This document shows, in pieces, positions 35,083 to 48,221 of a stretch of DNA of 64,000 nucleotides (within the stretch, counting starts at the first letter, position 1; each line of letters opens with the position of its first letter). The notes below the pieces were generated by a model that worked only from the letters and a program-made list of their open reading frames with translations, did no database searches and was not told the DNA's origin. Origin of the DNA: Amoebidium appalachense (Eukaryota > Protista > Ichthyosporea); assembly GCA_963693365.1 (NCBI GenBank), contig CAVNZM010000013.1:2567817-2631816 (forward strand). Reading direction: 5' to 3'. Position numbers and translations under genes: made by a program.

Positions 35083-35433
35083 GTTTTTCCCGCTGTGTCT
35101 ATCCGCTATCAACACTAAATAAATTTAACTTCAGGCTGCCCTCCCCCTCCCCCTCCCCCCTCTCCCTGCCCCTTACGGTTGCGTCTGAATGCCCTTTCTG
35201 CTCCCCCCCCCCCCCCCCCCTTCCCCCTTCTTCCCCATCTCCCCTCCCCCCTCTCTCACCCCTGGGGCCCGGCCGTTCCCGGTCCACCCTCAGTCTATGT
35301 TTAGCCTCAGAGGACCCTCCCCCCTTCCCCCTCTGTCTCTCTCCCTCCCTCCCTCCCTCCCTCCCTTCCTCCCACGCTCCTTCCCTCCCTCCCTCCCTCC
35401 CTCCCTCCCTCCCTCCCTCCCTCCCTCCCTCCC

Positions 35434-35467
<34 letters not shown>

Positions 35468-35679
35468 TTTCCCCCCCCTCCCTTCCCCCCCCCCGCTCCC
35501 TCTCCCATCTCCCATATGCAGTGTACGCACACACTCCGTGGCACACACGCGTGTGTGCACACACACTTCCATTTAAATCCCCTCTCTGTCCCTCCCCCCA
35601 CCACGTTCACCCTCGTCTCTATTCTTCCGTCTAATGAAATCCCCCCTCCCCCCCCCCCCCCCCCTCCCCCCTCCTTCCC

Positions 35680-35710
<31 letters not shown>

Positions 35711-35896
35711 AAAAAAAAAAAAAGGCGTGCTCACGGTCTGACCACAGTGTCCGGAGCGAAGAGTTGCACTTGGGAAATCAAAGGGCTGTGTGTGGCAATA
35801 TAATTGGATCGCATGTAATCGGATTAGAACTCCAACTGAGTTGGCTGGGAGGAATGCACTGGATGCTATTTCAAGTGTTTGATGATTAATCTTTTT

Positions 35897-36095
35897 CCAT
35901 ACTTGGTAGGCTTGATATTTTCGCCATACCAAATTTTGGTAGTCTGAAGTTTTTGCCATATTTGGTAGGATTAGTACTTTTGCCATATTTGGTAGGCTTA
36001 ATGGGAATGTTTTTGCCATATTTGGTAGGCTTACTAGTAATGTTTTTGCTACATTTGGTAGGCGCAATACTAATGTTTTTGCCATATTTGGTAGG
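35897..36095. repeat. Short array of TTTTGCCATATTTGGTAGG cores (CArG consensus) with variable spacers
   Basis: CCATATTTGG at 35956, 35983, 36016 and 36082, with a variant at 36049; spacing 27/33/33/33. Confidence 0.85.
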
Positions 36096-36803
36096 TTTGA
36101 GCTGCGTGTCAAGGCTACAATTTTCGGCCAATCATTTGAACTTCTGTCACTTCTGACCACTCGGATCTCTGATATTATTGGCTCAGCCATTCAGATCAGA
36201 ACCAATCAGATTACTCCCTTTGTGGAGCAATCAGGCCAGGCTACCTTGTCCCTAGAGTTTTTTACTCCGAGGCAAGATAGCTCCCTCCCCATCTCCCCCA
36301 ACCCTCTCTCTCTCGCCCCCCCCCCTCCCCCCCTCCGTCTCACCACCACCACCTCCCCCCGCTCGCCACCCCCTACGCACTATCACAATCTTCCCTTGTT
36401 TCATCATACCTTTTGGATTTTTTTATCGCATCCGACTCCCCACACGTCTCAAATGTGCATGTGCGATTACCAAGTTTCAACTCATTAATCAGGCTACGGG
36501 ATACACAGTGTGGCAACATAAGTGCAAAGCAACGCACCGGCTTGCACACACACATACACGATTACAAACAAGCACTTACATCGAGCAAACCTGCCCCCTA
36601 CCTCCCTCCCCCCCCTCCCCCCCCCCCCCTCTCCCCCTCCCCCTTCCCCCTCTCTCTGTTTCCTCCCTCCCCCCTTTCTCCCCACTTCCCCTTCCCTTAA
36701 GTATTGGTCCCCCTGATATCAGCAAGTGCTGACAAACCCTGCCTTTCCGCCCTATCCTTGCCCTCCCCCCCTCCCCCCTCCCCCCCTCCCCCCTATCTAT
36801 CTA

Positions 36804-36866
<63 letters not shown>

Positions 36867-37298
36867 GTCTCTATCTCTCCTCCCCCCCCCCTCAGCCCCC
36901 CCCTCTCTCTCCCCGAGGCTCCCCTCCCTCCACTCCTACCTCACTTCTCCCCCTCTCTCCCTCCATCTTCTCTCCCCCCCTCCCATCCCCCTCCCCTCCA
37001 GCCCCCCCCCCCCCCCTCCCCACGCCTTCTCTCCCTCCACCCCCCCCCCCCCCCTTCCCACCCACCCCTCCGCCTTCTCTCCCTCCTTTCCCCCTCTCTC
37101 CCAAGAGTGTTGGCCCGAGTTGTATTCGAAGCCATCTGTTCAGTTTTGGCCCTTGAACCCTCTACTCTCTGTTTGTGCAATTACATGCATGACATGGCTT
37201 AGCTCTGTGTTTGAGGCATGCCTGTGTGTGTAGGATATGGTGTTGTGCAGAGGGATAGGGGGTCTGAGGGGGGGGGGGGGGGGGGGGGGTGTAAGGGG

Positions 37299-37331
<33 letters not shown>

Positions 37332-37346
37332 AGTGTGAGTGAGTGA

Positions 37347-37441
<95 letters not shown>

Positions 37442-38352
37442 TATGTGCGCGCGCGTGTGTATCACCGGGGGGGGGGGGGGGGGGAGGGGGAAGAAGGGAA
37501 GGGGGAGGGAGGGGGAGAGGGGGGGGGTCGGGGAGGGAGGGAGGGGGGGGGGGGAGAGACGGGGGGGGGGGGAAGGGGAAGGGGGGATCCCGAAAGGGGG
37601 GGGGGGGGGGGGGGGGGGAGAGGGGGGGGGGGGTGGGGAGGAGGGGAGCTGGAGGAATAAGATCTCTTAGAGGCCAGATGCCGCAAAACAACAGTGTGCC
37701 CACAGTCAAAAATGCCTCCGGGGGGGGGAGGGGGGTTGAGGGGGGGGGATTTTTTTTTGGGGGGGGGGGGGAAGGAGGGTGGGAGGGAGGGGAGGGGGGG
37801 GGTTGTTGTGTATTGGTAGGTGCATGGAGTTATAACCTAAAAAAAAATGAAAATAGAAAATAAGGCCATAAAATCACTGCAACACGTAAATCCTTGATAG
37901 CGGAATGCACAAGCATGCACACACTCACAACCGCACACAATAAATGACTCGCATAAATGTGCGCACCGTGGGGGATCTCTCTGCACCGTGGGGGATCACG
38001 TGATTTATGACCAGTAGGGACGTGTAGCTCAGTCGGGCCCATACGGGTCGCATTAGTCCGGCGTGGCATAATCATATGCTGGATCATCGATTGAAGTGAT
38101 GCAGATTGGTACTTGCACACATTTTAAAGGAGCAACAACTTACACACCATGCCTTTAAGGGAAGAAATGTGAACAAGGGAATCCCCGTATGCTCCCAAGA
38201 ATGATCCAATAAAAGACTTTTCGGTTGAGTCTCTGCTCCGAGTAAGCCTGCTCTTTTCTCTCTACACTGTATGGCGCACCTTGTATTACTTGGCTTTGAC
38301 GTGTGTGTGTACCTGTTCCAGTACCTCTGTGTTTTTTTTTTCTTTTTTTTTT

Positions 38353-38383
<31 letters not shown>

Positions 38384-39064
38384 GGGGGGAGGGGGGAGGG
38401 GGTTGGGAGGGGGAGGGGGGAGGGGGGAGGGGGCAGTGTGTCTGTGTGTGCGGATGAGCGTGACCCATGTGTGTGCATGGGCATCCATGTGTGTGTCTGC
38501 AATATGTGAGTGTGTTTGGGAGATAGTGACTCGAATCCACCGCCATGATACCCCTCCCCCCCCCCCCCCCCCCCATCCCCCCTCCCCCCTCCCCCCATCC
38601 CCCCTGCCCCCCGCCCCCCCCCCCCCCCCTCCCCTACACATACAGGCAGTGTGACACGAACCCAGGCACCGTTCCGTCCCACTTCCGCCTCCCCTCCCCC
38701 CCCTCCCCCCCCCCCCCCCCCTCCCTCCCCCCTCCCCCCAACACACACAGCCCCCTTTCCCCTTCCCCCGACCCACACACAAACACACCAGCAAACAACC
38801 CTTCCCGTTCTTGGCCACCCAAACTCTTGGGAAACCCCTGAGTAATCAACATAAGCCCCCCCCATCCCCCCAATCCCCCCCCCCCCCCCCCCCCCCCACC
38901 CACCCACCCACCCCGGTGTCTCTCTCCTAGAGCCACATCGGCCCCACACATGAGCCTACTCACGCCAGACCAAACAAAAGGTAAGGTATGCCACACGTAA
39001 CTCTGAAGACTGTGAATCGTTTACGTGAGCTTGAAGCGGGTGTGTTAGCTCGAGTCCTTTTAGA

Positions 39065-40099
39065 GTGTTATCCATATGGTTGAAAAGAGGGTAGAGCTGG
39101 CTCGTAAGCGGTTAGCTTTCTTCTCGGCTAATATTTTTAAAGACACACCCCTCCATCCTTCTATTAGACTTACATTTATCGCACTTTTGTCTTCCCGGCA
39201 TGTGAATATGGTTTACCCCTTCTCGCCGCTTGGATCAAGAAAGAGAGAACTAGAGCGCTTAAACCCTTGGCAAATTTCCTTGAAGCAGAAGTTGCCTCCT
39301 TTTTATCTAACAACTGTTGTAAACCTGGGCCTGTAACGCTCTCGATATATGGTCTGGTCCCAATAGCTGTTAGAGTATCCCATCTCGCGCTGAAATTTAA
39401 TTAGCACATAAGCCGCTTAAAGAATCATTTGCCCTCCCACCCTCTCTTCTCTATCCGACCTGTCCCCTCCCCACCTCCCCCCTCCTTTCTTCCCTCTCCC
39501 TCTCCTTCTTCCCCGGGCACAAATACAAATAAACCCCGCAAAAGTGTGCGTGTGACTTTGGACTGCCATTTACTCATTAGACATGTACATAATCACAAAA
39601 TAATTACACAATATAACAAATGGAAAAAGATACCACACGACACTAGACCCGATGAAAGCATACACTTTAAAAAACTAAGCCTTATGTCTCGTTTTATATA
39701 TAATGACCACATCAACCATATTGCCAAATATGGCACTCGCAAATGTGTAACACCTAAAAACATATTACCTTCCTGTAGAATTGGTCTTTTTCTAGCTGAT
39801 GGTATTATTGATCACTTATCACGCTTTTACTGTACACGTGCTATACAGTGGAGATCTAATAAGTATAAGGTGGCATCGTTTGCATGCCCAAACAACACAC
39901 ACACACACCAGTTTAAACGGTCATGTATCGCCAAATGTAGTTTGATAGACCACATAACACCGCAACACACACACGATACATTCACAACAGACACCCAGAA
40001 AGATAGCCTACCTGAAAATTACAATTACAATTACAATTACAACATCCTTGATTTTATACTAAACACACGTAACTATGACCTGTTTATTAGATGTATTGT
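39065..40099 (+). mobile_element. Degenerate copy 2 of the non-LTR retrotransposon, truncated at both ends
   Basis: MVEKRVELARKRLAFFSANIF... with a frameshift, an in-frame stop and an (AATTAC)n expansion; no 3' UTR. Confidence 0.88.
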
Positions 40100-40317
40100 A
40101 GTAGAGTATTTTGGATACTGCGTACTCTTCCCCCCCCCCCCCCCCCCCCCCTCCCCCCCCCCTCCCCCCCCCCCCCCCCCCCCTCTCTCCCCTGCCTTCC
40201 TCCCCTCCTCCAAACCCCGCCTGTTTTCCAAGAGTTTTTTTTCGTGGTGTGTGTGGCGGTGGTGGTAGTGGTGGGGGGGGGGGGGGGGGGAGGGGGAGGG
40301 GGGGAGGGGGAGGAGGG

Positions 40318-40436
<119 letters not shown>

Positions 40437-40587
40437 CGTGCGTGCTTGCTTGCATGTGCGTGTGCGTGTATGTGGACGTACGCACGTGCCTGTGCCTGTG
40501 TTGGTGGGTGGTTGGTCGGTGCAGTGGGTGGGTACATGGGTAGATGGGTGTACATGGCATGTGTTTGTGCTGTGTGTGTGTCACTGT

Positions 40588-40688
<101 letters not shown>

Positions 40689-41131
40689 TGTGTGTGTGTG
40701 TGCGTGCGTGTTTTTGTGTGCGTTTGTCACGGTATGTGTAGGTGTATGTGTTTTGTTTCTGCGGGCTCGGAGGGAGGGGGGAGGGGGAAATAGGGGAGGG
40801 AGTGGGTGGGTGGGTCCGGGGGGGGGGGGGAGGGGGGGATGGGGGCAGGGGGGGGGGGGGGGGGGGGGGGGAGGCAGTGAGGAGACCACAAAAGTGATGA
40901 TCTAGCAAAACAGGCACGGACGGAAAAGAGAGGTACTCTGGCAGCGGCCCAAAGAGGGGGATCATCAGTGCCTTTAGGAGACACGTCTACCACCTTATTA
41001 TTGGTTTTCTTCAGTTTTTTGTTTTTGTTTTTGTTGTTGTCGGTGGTGGTGCACATGCGGTCATAGTGGTGGTGGTGCCAATGGGTGTGTGGGTGTGTGG
41101 TGGTGGTGGTGGTGGTGGTGGTGGTGGTGGT

Positions 41132-41163
<32 letters not shown>

Positions 41164-41458
41164 CTTTGTGGCTCTGTGTACCGTATGCGCGTGAATGTAT
41201 GTGTGTGTGTGGGCCATGCATCCATGTGTGTGTCTATGTGCCTGTGCCTTGGTGGGTGGGTGAGTGGGGTGACTGGGTTTTCGGGGATAGTGACTGAATC
41301 CACCACCCTGATACGTTCCCCTTCCCTCCTCCCCCCCCCCCCCCCCCCCCCCCCCCCTCCCCCCACACACAGGCAGACACTTAAACCCACACACCGTTCC
41401 ACCCCACTCCCCCTGCTACCCCCTTCCCCCCTCCCCCCCCCCTCCCCCCCTTCCATGT

Positions 41459-41624
41459 GGCCAAAAGATGAGCCGAAACCGGAGTGGACTCCGAATAAAC
41501 TAAAATCCGATGAGCAGAATGGGTCCAAAATTCCACTTAAAGAAATCGAGCCTTGTGATTGGATTCGCAATTCCACTTAGAACAAATTCCTATTTTCTGG
41601 ATTATCACGATTTGGCCCTATGTA
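41459..41624. mobile_element. MITE-like element, copy 2
   Basis: Aligns with 34189-34375 and interrupts one unit of a local duplication, which supports an insertion. Confidence 0.6.
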
Positions 41625-41828
41625 TGCTCCCCCCCCCCCCCCCCCCCCCCCGGCCCCACGCGCAAACACACAAACACACAACCCTTCCCGTTCTTTACCT
41701 CCGCCACTCTTGAGGACCCCAGTAATCAGCATAAAGCCCCCCCCCCCCCCCCCCCCGCCCCCTCCCCCTACCCACCCGCCCACCCTTTTATCTTTCTTCT
41801 AGAGCCACACCGTGTGTTTTAGTGTCAG

Positions 41829-41920
<92 letters not shown>

Positions 41921-42541
41921 ATGTGCGTGCGTGTGTGTGTGAAGTGTGTGTAGGGGGGGGGGGGGGGAGAGAGAGAGACGGGGGGGGGGGGGAAGGGGCT
42001 GCAGGGGGGGCCTAGGGGAGGGTGTGTGTGGGGGGGGGGGGGGGGGGGGGGGGGGGGAGGGGGGGGGGAGGGGGGTGGGGGCGGGGTGGGGAAGACAGGG
42101 GGCCAGGTGGAGGAGACCACAAAAGTGATGGTTTAGCAAAATACGCACGGGGAAAAGGGGGGTACACTGGCAGCGGCCCAAGGAGGGGGATCTTTAGTGC
42201 CCTACACCATAGACGTCCACCACCTTCTTATTTTTAAATTTTAACTTTCTTTTTTTTGTTTTTGTCAACAGTAGGTTGTCATTGTCGGTGGTGGTGGTAG
42301 TGGTCACTCCGCCAGGGTGTTGGTGGGGTGTGGGTGGGGTATGTGTGTACAGTGTGTGTGTATTGGTGGGTGGTCCCGGTGTGGTTGGGGGGAGGAGGGG
42401 AACTAGAGGAGAGGTGGAGGGGGGGGGGGGAGGGGGGGTGTCACAAATAGCAGTGCAGCATAATCCAAATCGGACACCTGGTCATGTGACTGCTTTCAAT
42501 CATCGTGGTGGTGGTGTTGGTGGTAAGTGGGTGGGTTGGGT

Positions 42542-42593
<52 letters not shown>

Positions 42594-42604
42594 ACGGTGT
42601 GTGT

Positions 42605-42644
<40 letters not shown>

Positions 42645-43045
42645 ATGGGTGGGTGGGTGGGAGGGGGTGGGTGGAGGAGGGGGGAGGGGGGGGAGGGGGA
42701 GCCTCAGGGGGGACGTGGGGGGGGGGGGGGGGGGGGGGGGGGGGGAGGGAGGAGGAGGGGTGGGAGGAGGAGGCATGAACATAAAACATGAAGGATGAAA
42801 AAAGAATAGAACACCGATGAAGGCGGAGATAGGGCAGCGAGAAAATTGTTTCACCTAAGCAGGTGGTATTAAATTCAAGGGTAAAAAAGGAGTGCGGGCC
42901 AGGGCCCTCACAAGCAGGTTTATGACAAAAAAGTTGCGATAGAATATGGCACATCCTTTTTAAATGTGGAGGGTTTCAAGCCATGTGCTAGACGGCCACA
43001 AGAGTTCGACACTGAATACAACAGTTATTTTTTCTGATTGTCGAG

Positions 43046-43087
<42 letters not shown>

Positions 43088-43429
43088 TAGCAGGCGGTGG
43101 CGGCACTGCTCAGTCAGACTAAATACGGCATTATGGCCATCATCGGATTACCACTTAGCATATCCTGGGTCTGTTACAGCCTACTGAGTACGACTGAGTA
43201 GGCATACATGACTGAGGGCAAGACTAATTTTAGACTGCCGTGGCAACCAGAGCCTTAATTAACGGTTTGCAGAGTTCATAAAACAATCGTTGCGTGACAC
43301 TGTGTGCGGGCACGGCGCCCCGCCCGATAATCTATGCGTGTGTGCGTGTGTGCAGTGTGTATGCGTGTGTGGACGTGTGTATGTGTGTGTTTGTAGTCTG
43401 CTTGTGTCTCACGGTGTGTGTGTGTGTTG

Positions 43430-43549
<120 letters not shown>

Positions 43550-44247
43550 GTGTGTGCCACGGTGTCCACGCGCGCGTGTGTGGCTGCAAAGCTTCGGATA
43601 CTGAGTTTTCGTGTGCGGATTAACACGTGCACTAGCCGGGGAGGACAATATCAACACCTTAAGCAAGATTTTTCAAACTACAAAATCAGCAAACGTGACA
43701 CAAAAATTAGTGCAAAAGGTCTAGATCTTTCCAGAAGTTAGAGCACACTGCACTAAATCAGCACTGACCAATCAAAGCTTAGATGATGTCCAATCCGCGG
43801 TGCAAGTGCTTGTGCTGTAACAGTTGCTTCTTGGACGGCCCAGTCGCAACAGCCCATAGTCCTTTTTTTTTTTTTTTTTTTTTATTTTTATTTTTTTTTT
43901 TTTTTTTTTTTTATTTTATCCCGTTTCACTCCCGGAGGCACTGCCTAAGGGGAGCTAACGTCTTCCACAGTAGACACACGAATGTGCTCTCTACATAGTG
44001 CAACTATAAGTCAGGATACATAATCCCGACTGTCACTACATATTCTGGCAATTCTTAGCCCACGGGGTTGCCGCAGTCACGCTAGTGGGGATTGAGCAAA
44101 CTCACTTCAACCAACACCTAGCCAGGAGTGACCCGGGGGAAAATAAAAGGGTATAAGCAAGAAAAAATGTTCGGAAAGTTAGAAACAATACAATAAGACG
44201 AAGCAGTGTGTTCGTGCTGCTCTGCATGGTGGAAAAGAAAGAAAGAA

Positions 44248-44766
44248 GAGCAGTGTGTTGGTGCTGCTCGGCATGGTAGAAGACTAGAGCAGGGTGTTGG
44301 TGCTGCTCGGCATGGTAGAAGACACTAGAGCAGGGTGTTGGTGCTGCTCGGCATGGTAGAAGACAATAGAGCAGGGTGTTGGTGCTGCTCGGCATGGTAG
44401 AAGACACTAGAGCAGGGTGTTGGTGCTGCTCGGCATGGTAGAAGACACTAGAGCAGGGTGTTGGTGCTGCTCGGCATGGTAGAAGACACTAGAGCAGGGT
44501 GTTGGTGCTGCTCGGCATGGTAGAAGACTAGAGCAGGGTGATGGTGCTGCTCGGCATGGTAGAAGACACTAGAGCAGGGTGTTGGTGTTGCTCGGCATGG
44601 TAGAAGACACTAGAGCAGGGTGATGGTGCTGCTCGGCATGGTAGAAGACACTAGAGCAGGGTGATGGTGCTGCTCGGCATGGTAGAAGACACTAGAGCAG
44701 GGTGTTGGTGCTGCTCGGCATGGTAGAGGACACTAGAGCAGGGTGTTGGTGCTGCTCGTCATGGTG
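44248..44766. repeat. 41-bp minisatellite, ~12-13 near-identical units (AGAGCAGGGTGTTGGTGCTGCTCGGCATGGTAGAAGACACT)
   Basis: Period of 41 (44284, 44325); a few 39-bp units; no unique spacers. Confidence 0.95.
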
Positions 44767-45194
44767 GAAGAAGACAGCATGAAGTTCGTGCGGCCTATTG
44801 GTATTCTTATGTTTTTCTAGAGTTTTTGACGCTTTAGTAAATTTCGTTTTTCCTGACAAAGTGCCCATGTCGCAAAACTAATAACTCGTGTTGTACTAGT
44901 CCTACGGCAACGGCTCAAACACGGCCATGTTGCCAGCGTTTGGCTCTATGCAATGGTGTGCATGCCGCCCCTTGTGCGTAAATGTGGTGGAGTGTGGATG
45001 CAGCGGCGCACGGCCGTTTACGAAACACGTGTCGTGTTTTGTGCCTGGTCGCGATGGCCCTGTGCGTGTTAAAATTTAAGAGAATAGGAATGTGCAAAAT
45101 ACGCATCTTGATTGGTTGCATTTTATCTGATGAGCCCGGAGTGGCGATCTTATTGGATAGTTAACTGCTATTTTTAAGGAATCATACTGCTTGT

Positions 45195-45826
45195 TCACCG
45201 ATCACATATGGTTTTGATGTGATCGGGAGCCCGACATGGCGCGACTGACAGCCCATAGTCCTGCCGGCTCAGCTTTTCGTCGTGCACATGCCTAATATGG
45301 TAGGAGAGACTCTTCCACGATGCATACCTGAGGGGGGGGGAGGGGGGGGGGAGAGGGGGGGGGGGGGGGGGGGGGGGGTGATGTATGTGTTAGAGGGTTG
45401 GAAATATGGAAGAGACAACAGTGACTGCAACAACAAAAACGTCACAAAAGGGGGAAATCCAAAATCAAACAAATTAAGCGTGCAGGCAGAAGACACTTGA
45501 ACAGAGCGAGTCATCAGGGGGGTTCCTGTGCCTCCACAGAAGCATATGATTCGACTCTTCGGGTAAAGTTAGAATTTGATGCACGCCTCAAACTACTGTA
45601 CCTGAGACCCACGGTGGCAAAAAAAAAAAAATAAGAAAAAGAAAGAAACAGAAAGTTTAGAAAGAAAGGAAGAAAGAAAGAAAGAAAGAAAGGGGGTTTT
45701 TGAAAGGAAAGAGGAACTTTGTGCAGTGCAGTTATACATCATTTGGCTATAAGTAAATCGGAACGCACAACACGTCAGAAGGGGCATGGAGGGTATGCTC
45801 TTAAGGTACGGCAAAGTCAAATCAGC

Positions 45827-45871
<45 letters not shown>

Positions 45872-48221
45872 AAAAAAAAAAAAAGTAATGAAAAAAAAGA
45901 AAGAAAAAAAAGAAAGAAAGGAAAAAGGGAAAGGGAGAAAATAAAAACGAGGTCTGCATGTGAAGATGCCACGTTGGATCAAATGACATCAAACATACTG
46001 GCGTGGGGGAAAAAACAGGGGAGGGGGGAGGGAGGGGGGGGGAAGGGGAGGGGGAGGGGGGAGGGGGGGGGGAGGCGACTAACGTTCTCCTGCAGGTTGG
46101 CTTGACGCATATGTATGACATGCGCAAATCCGGGGGACACCTCGGAAATATTGAAATTTCGCTGGCGAGACTTAAGGGGGTCGAAGAACTGGTCAGGGAG
46201 GACTCCGCCAGGGCGGACATCGATAATTGGGTGGGTCTGATGGTGAGGGGGATGGATGACATAGAACTAGGCATTCCGGGGGAAGATAAACTCCCTTTGA
46301 AACACATGAAGTTTCCGATGTCTTGAGAATTATTCTCGACGTTGAAAATCTGTGTGTGCGTTTGTGGGTCCATGGTGGAATTTTGAAAACCGGTGCAGGG
46401 GGTTTGGTCGCACGCAAATAGGTCCATAAGCGATGTCATTGATGGATCGACGAGGTCTAGGAGGCTGCTGTCGCTATGACCATAGTGACCCCCCACCAAT
46501 TTGAAATTCTCCTGGGTGTCGATTATATCCGATGTGTTGCTTTTGCACTCCTCCGGTAAAACGTGGAATCTGGGCATCTCATTGGCTAGGAACCCCGTAC
46601 AGGCAATATCCTCATTGCCAAATGTGGAAATCATCGGCATGTGGCTGTGCCTGCGAGCAAGCATGGGCCGAGCGAACCCGACCGATTCACACGGCGACGA
46701 CATTAACATATGATTCGGCGATTCGATCGGGAATTGCAGCGACGCCCGTCGCTTGCGATTGGGCCAAATTTCAGGCGTCGGATTTAGGTCGGCATTTATC
46801 GATTGTGCGCTAAGACTACTACACAGGCTGGGCGGGTTCTGAAACCTCGCTGCAGCAGACGGATTCACATAATCGAATCTCGGACCCGCGCTGGCATTGG
46901 TTGCCGATTCACGGTGGCCGTGATGGTTTGCTTTTGCGTTGAGGACGTGTGGAGGCGAAGGCGTGGCCCGCGACGGACGCGCTTGCGCAAAACCGGGGCC
47001 CTCGTTTTGCGGCGATGCGGACTTACGCTCCTTGGGGGCATATGGTCGTTCGACGTGGAAGCGCCACGTGTTTTCAGACCTCACACCCGCGCCCGATTGG
47101 CCCAAAGTCACCGGCTGGGACCGGGCAACTTTTTCGGTTTTAACGGCGGGCGACGGATGCCCGGGCGAACTTGAAACTGCCCTGGCCGCGCCGGAACTCG
47201 CCGATGTGTTGAGAAAACCCAGTTTTGGACATTTAGCGTGCATTTCGACGGCGCTCAGGCTTGGCCCGGTGGTGCCCAACACACCACCATTTCGTTGATG
47301 TGGTTGGTTGTGAGTCACACTGCCCGCAACTTCGGAAACCATGAAGGGATGGTCCTTAGTACCGGCGCCAACATGCCCAAGGAAACGCGGCGCGACAGGC
47401 ACTACAGGGTCGGTCATATTTCCTGCAAAACCGGGTAGGCCAGCCGTACGGTCTCCCATCGAATTGAAGGACGTTTCTGCCACCGCCAGTTTTTCGCTCA
47501 CTTTGGCGATGGTCTTTTTCAACATGGCAACTTCGTTTGCAAGCGCCGCGACGCTCCGTAGCTCATTCATATCGTCGCCATTTGCATGCTCAGGTGCGCC
47601 GCCCAATTTTCCTTCCCCCCGTGACCTGTTTTTATTCTCGCTAATACCTTCTTCGCCGCATGCGGAGGTTGCCACATTCATATGAAATGGGGTGATTGTT
47701 GCCCAGTTCAAAACATCGCCAAGTTGTTGTATGGTGTCAGAGTCAATCTGTTGCGCCAAGGAGTCGGTTGACGTGCGAGTTAATAATGACGTTGAACTTA
47801 TGTCTGCGCCAAATACGCCGGACGACGGTGTCAAAGTGTTGCTTGCTAACAGTGGCACACTATGCAGAGAACCACTGACGCGCTGCTCCTGAAAATTCCC
47901 TTCGATATTTGTTGGGGTAGGGGCGCCGGCATGCAGGCACGTAGATTGAAGTGCACTGAAACCCGCACCTCGAGGAGAGGAGAAGATCTCGAGTGAACGT
48001 GTGTGCGCGCGTGTTTGTAACTCAGAGTCAAGCCCATGCATGTGCTCGCTGTTACTGTGTTCCTGTGCTAATGTGCGTTCAACGAGCGACGATGCAGAAC
48101 TTTCGTTTGCTTGAGCGGGGTCATCATTACGGTTACGTGGGCTGTCACGGTTGTTGCAGGAAACATTGAACGCCATGTTGCTACTAGCCTTGTGATCCGG
48201 ACATGAACAAATTTGCAGCAT
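45195..48221 (-). CDS. C2H2 zinc-finger protein (putative transcription factor); exons ~48221-46084 and 45327-45195; start codon and a possible extra 3' exon (~45059-44915) uncertain
   Basis: >2.1-kb non-repetitive Ser-rich ORF; splicing AC|gttagt...ctcag|G gives YICVKPTCRRTYASWKSLSYHIRHVH (C-x4-C-x12-H-x4-H); internal coiled-coil-like LANEVAMLKKTIAKVSEKL and basic RKRR. Confidence 0.82.
45331..45565 (-). mobile_element. Related, diverged poly(C)-ending element (second subfamily; also at ~21515-21645 and ~21850-22012)
   Basis: Shares GTCGAA..CTGTGGA..CCCCCTGA(T/G)GA..GCTCTG with the main family, and CTCTGTTCA(A/G)GTGTCT and CTAA..CATACAT with the 21.5-22 kb copies; ends next to poly(C). Confidence 0.5.

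Noticed and set aside
38016-38040. tRNA-like 5' sequence GGGACGTGTAGCTCAGTCGG
   Set aside because: No D-stem closure, T-loop/B box or acceptor stem follows.
45126-45152. CTGATGA-GCC..GGC hammerhead-like motif
   Set aside because: Followed by GATC rather than GAAA; stems I and III not found.
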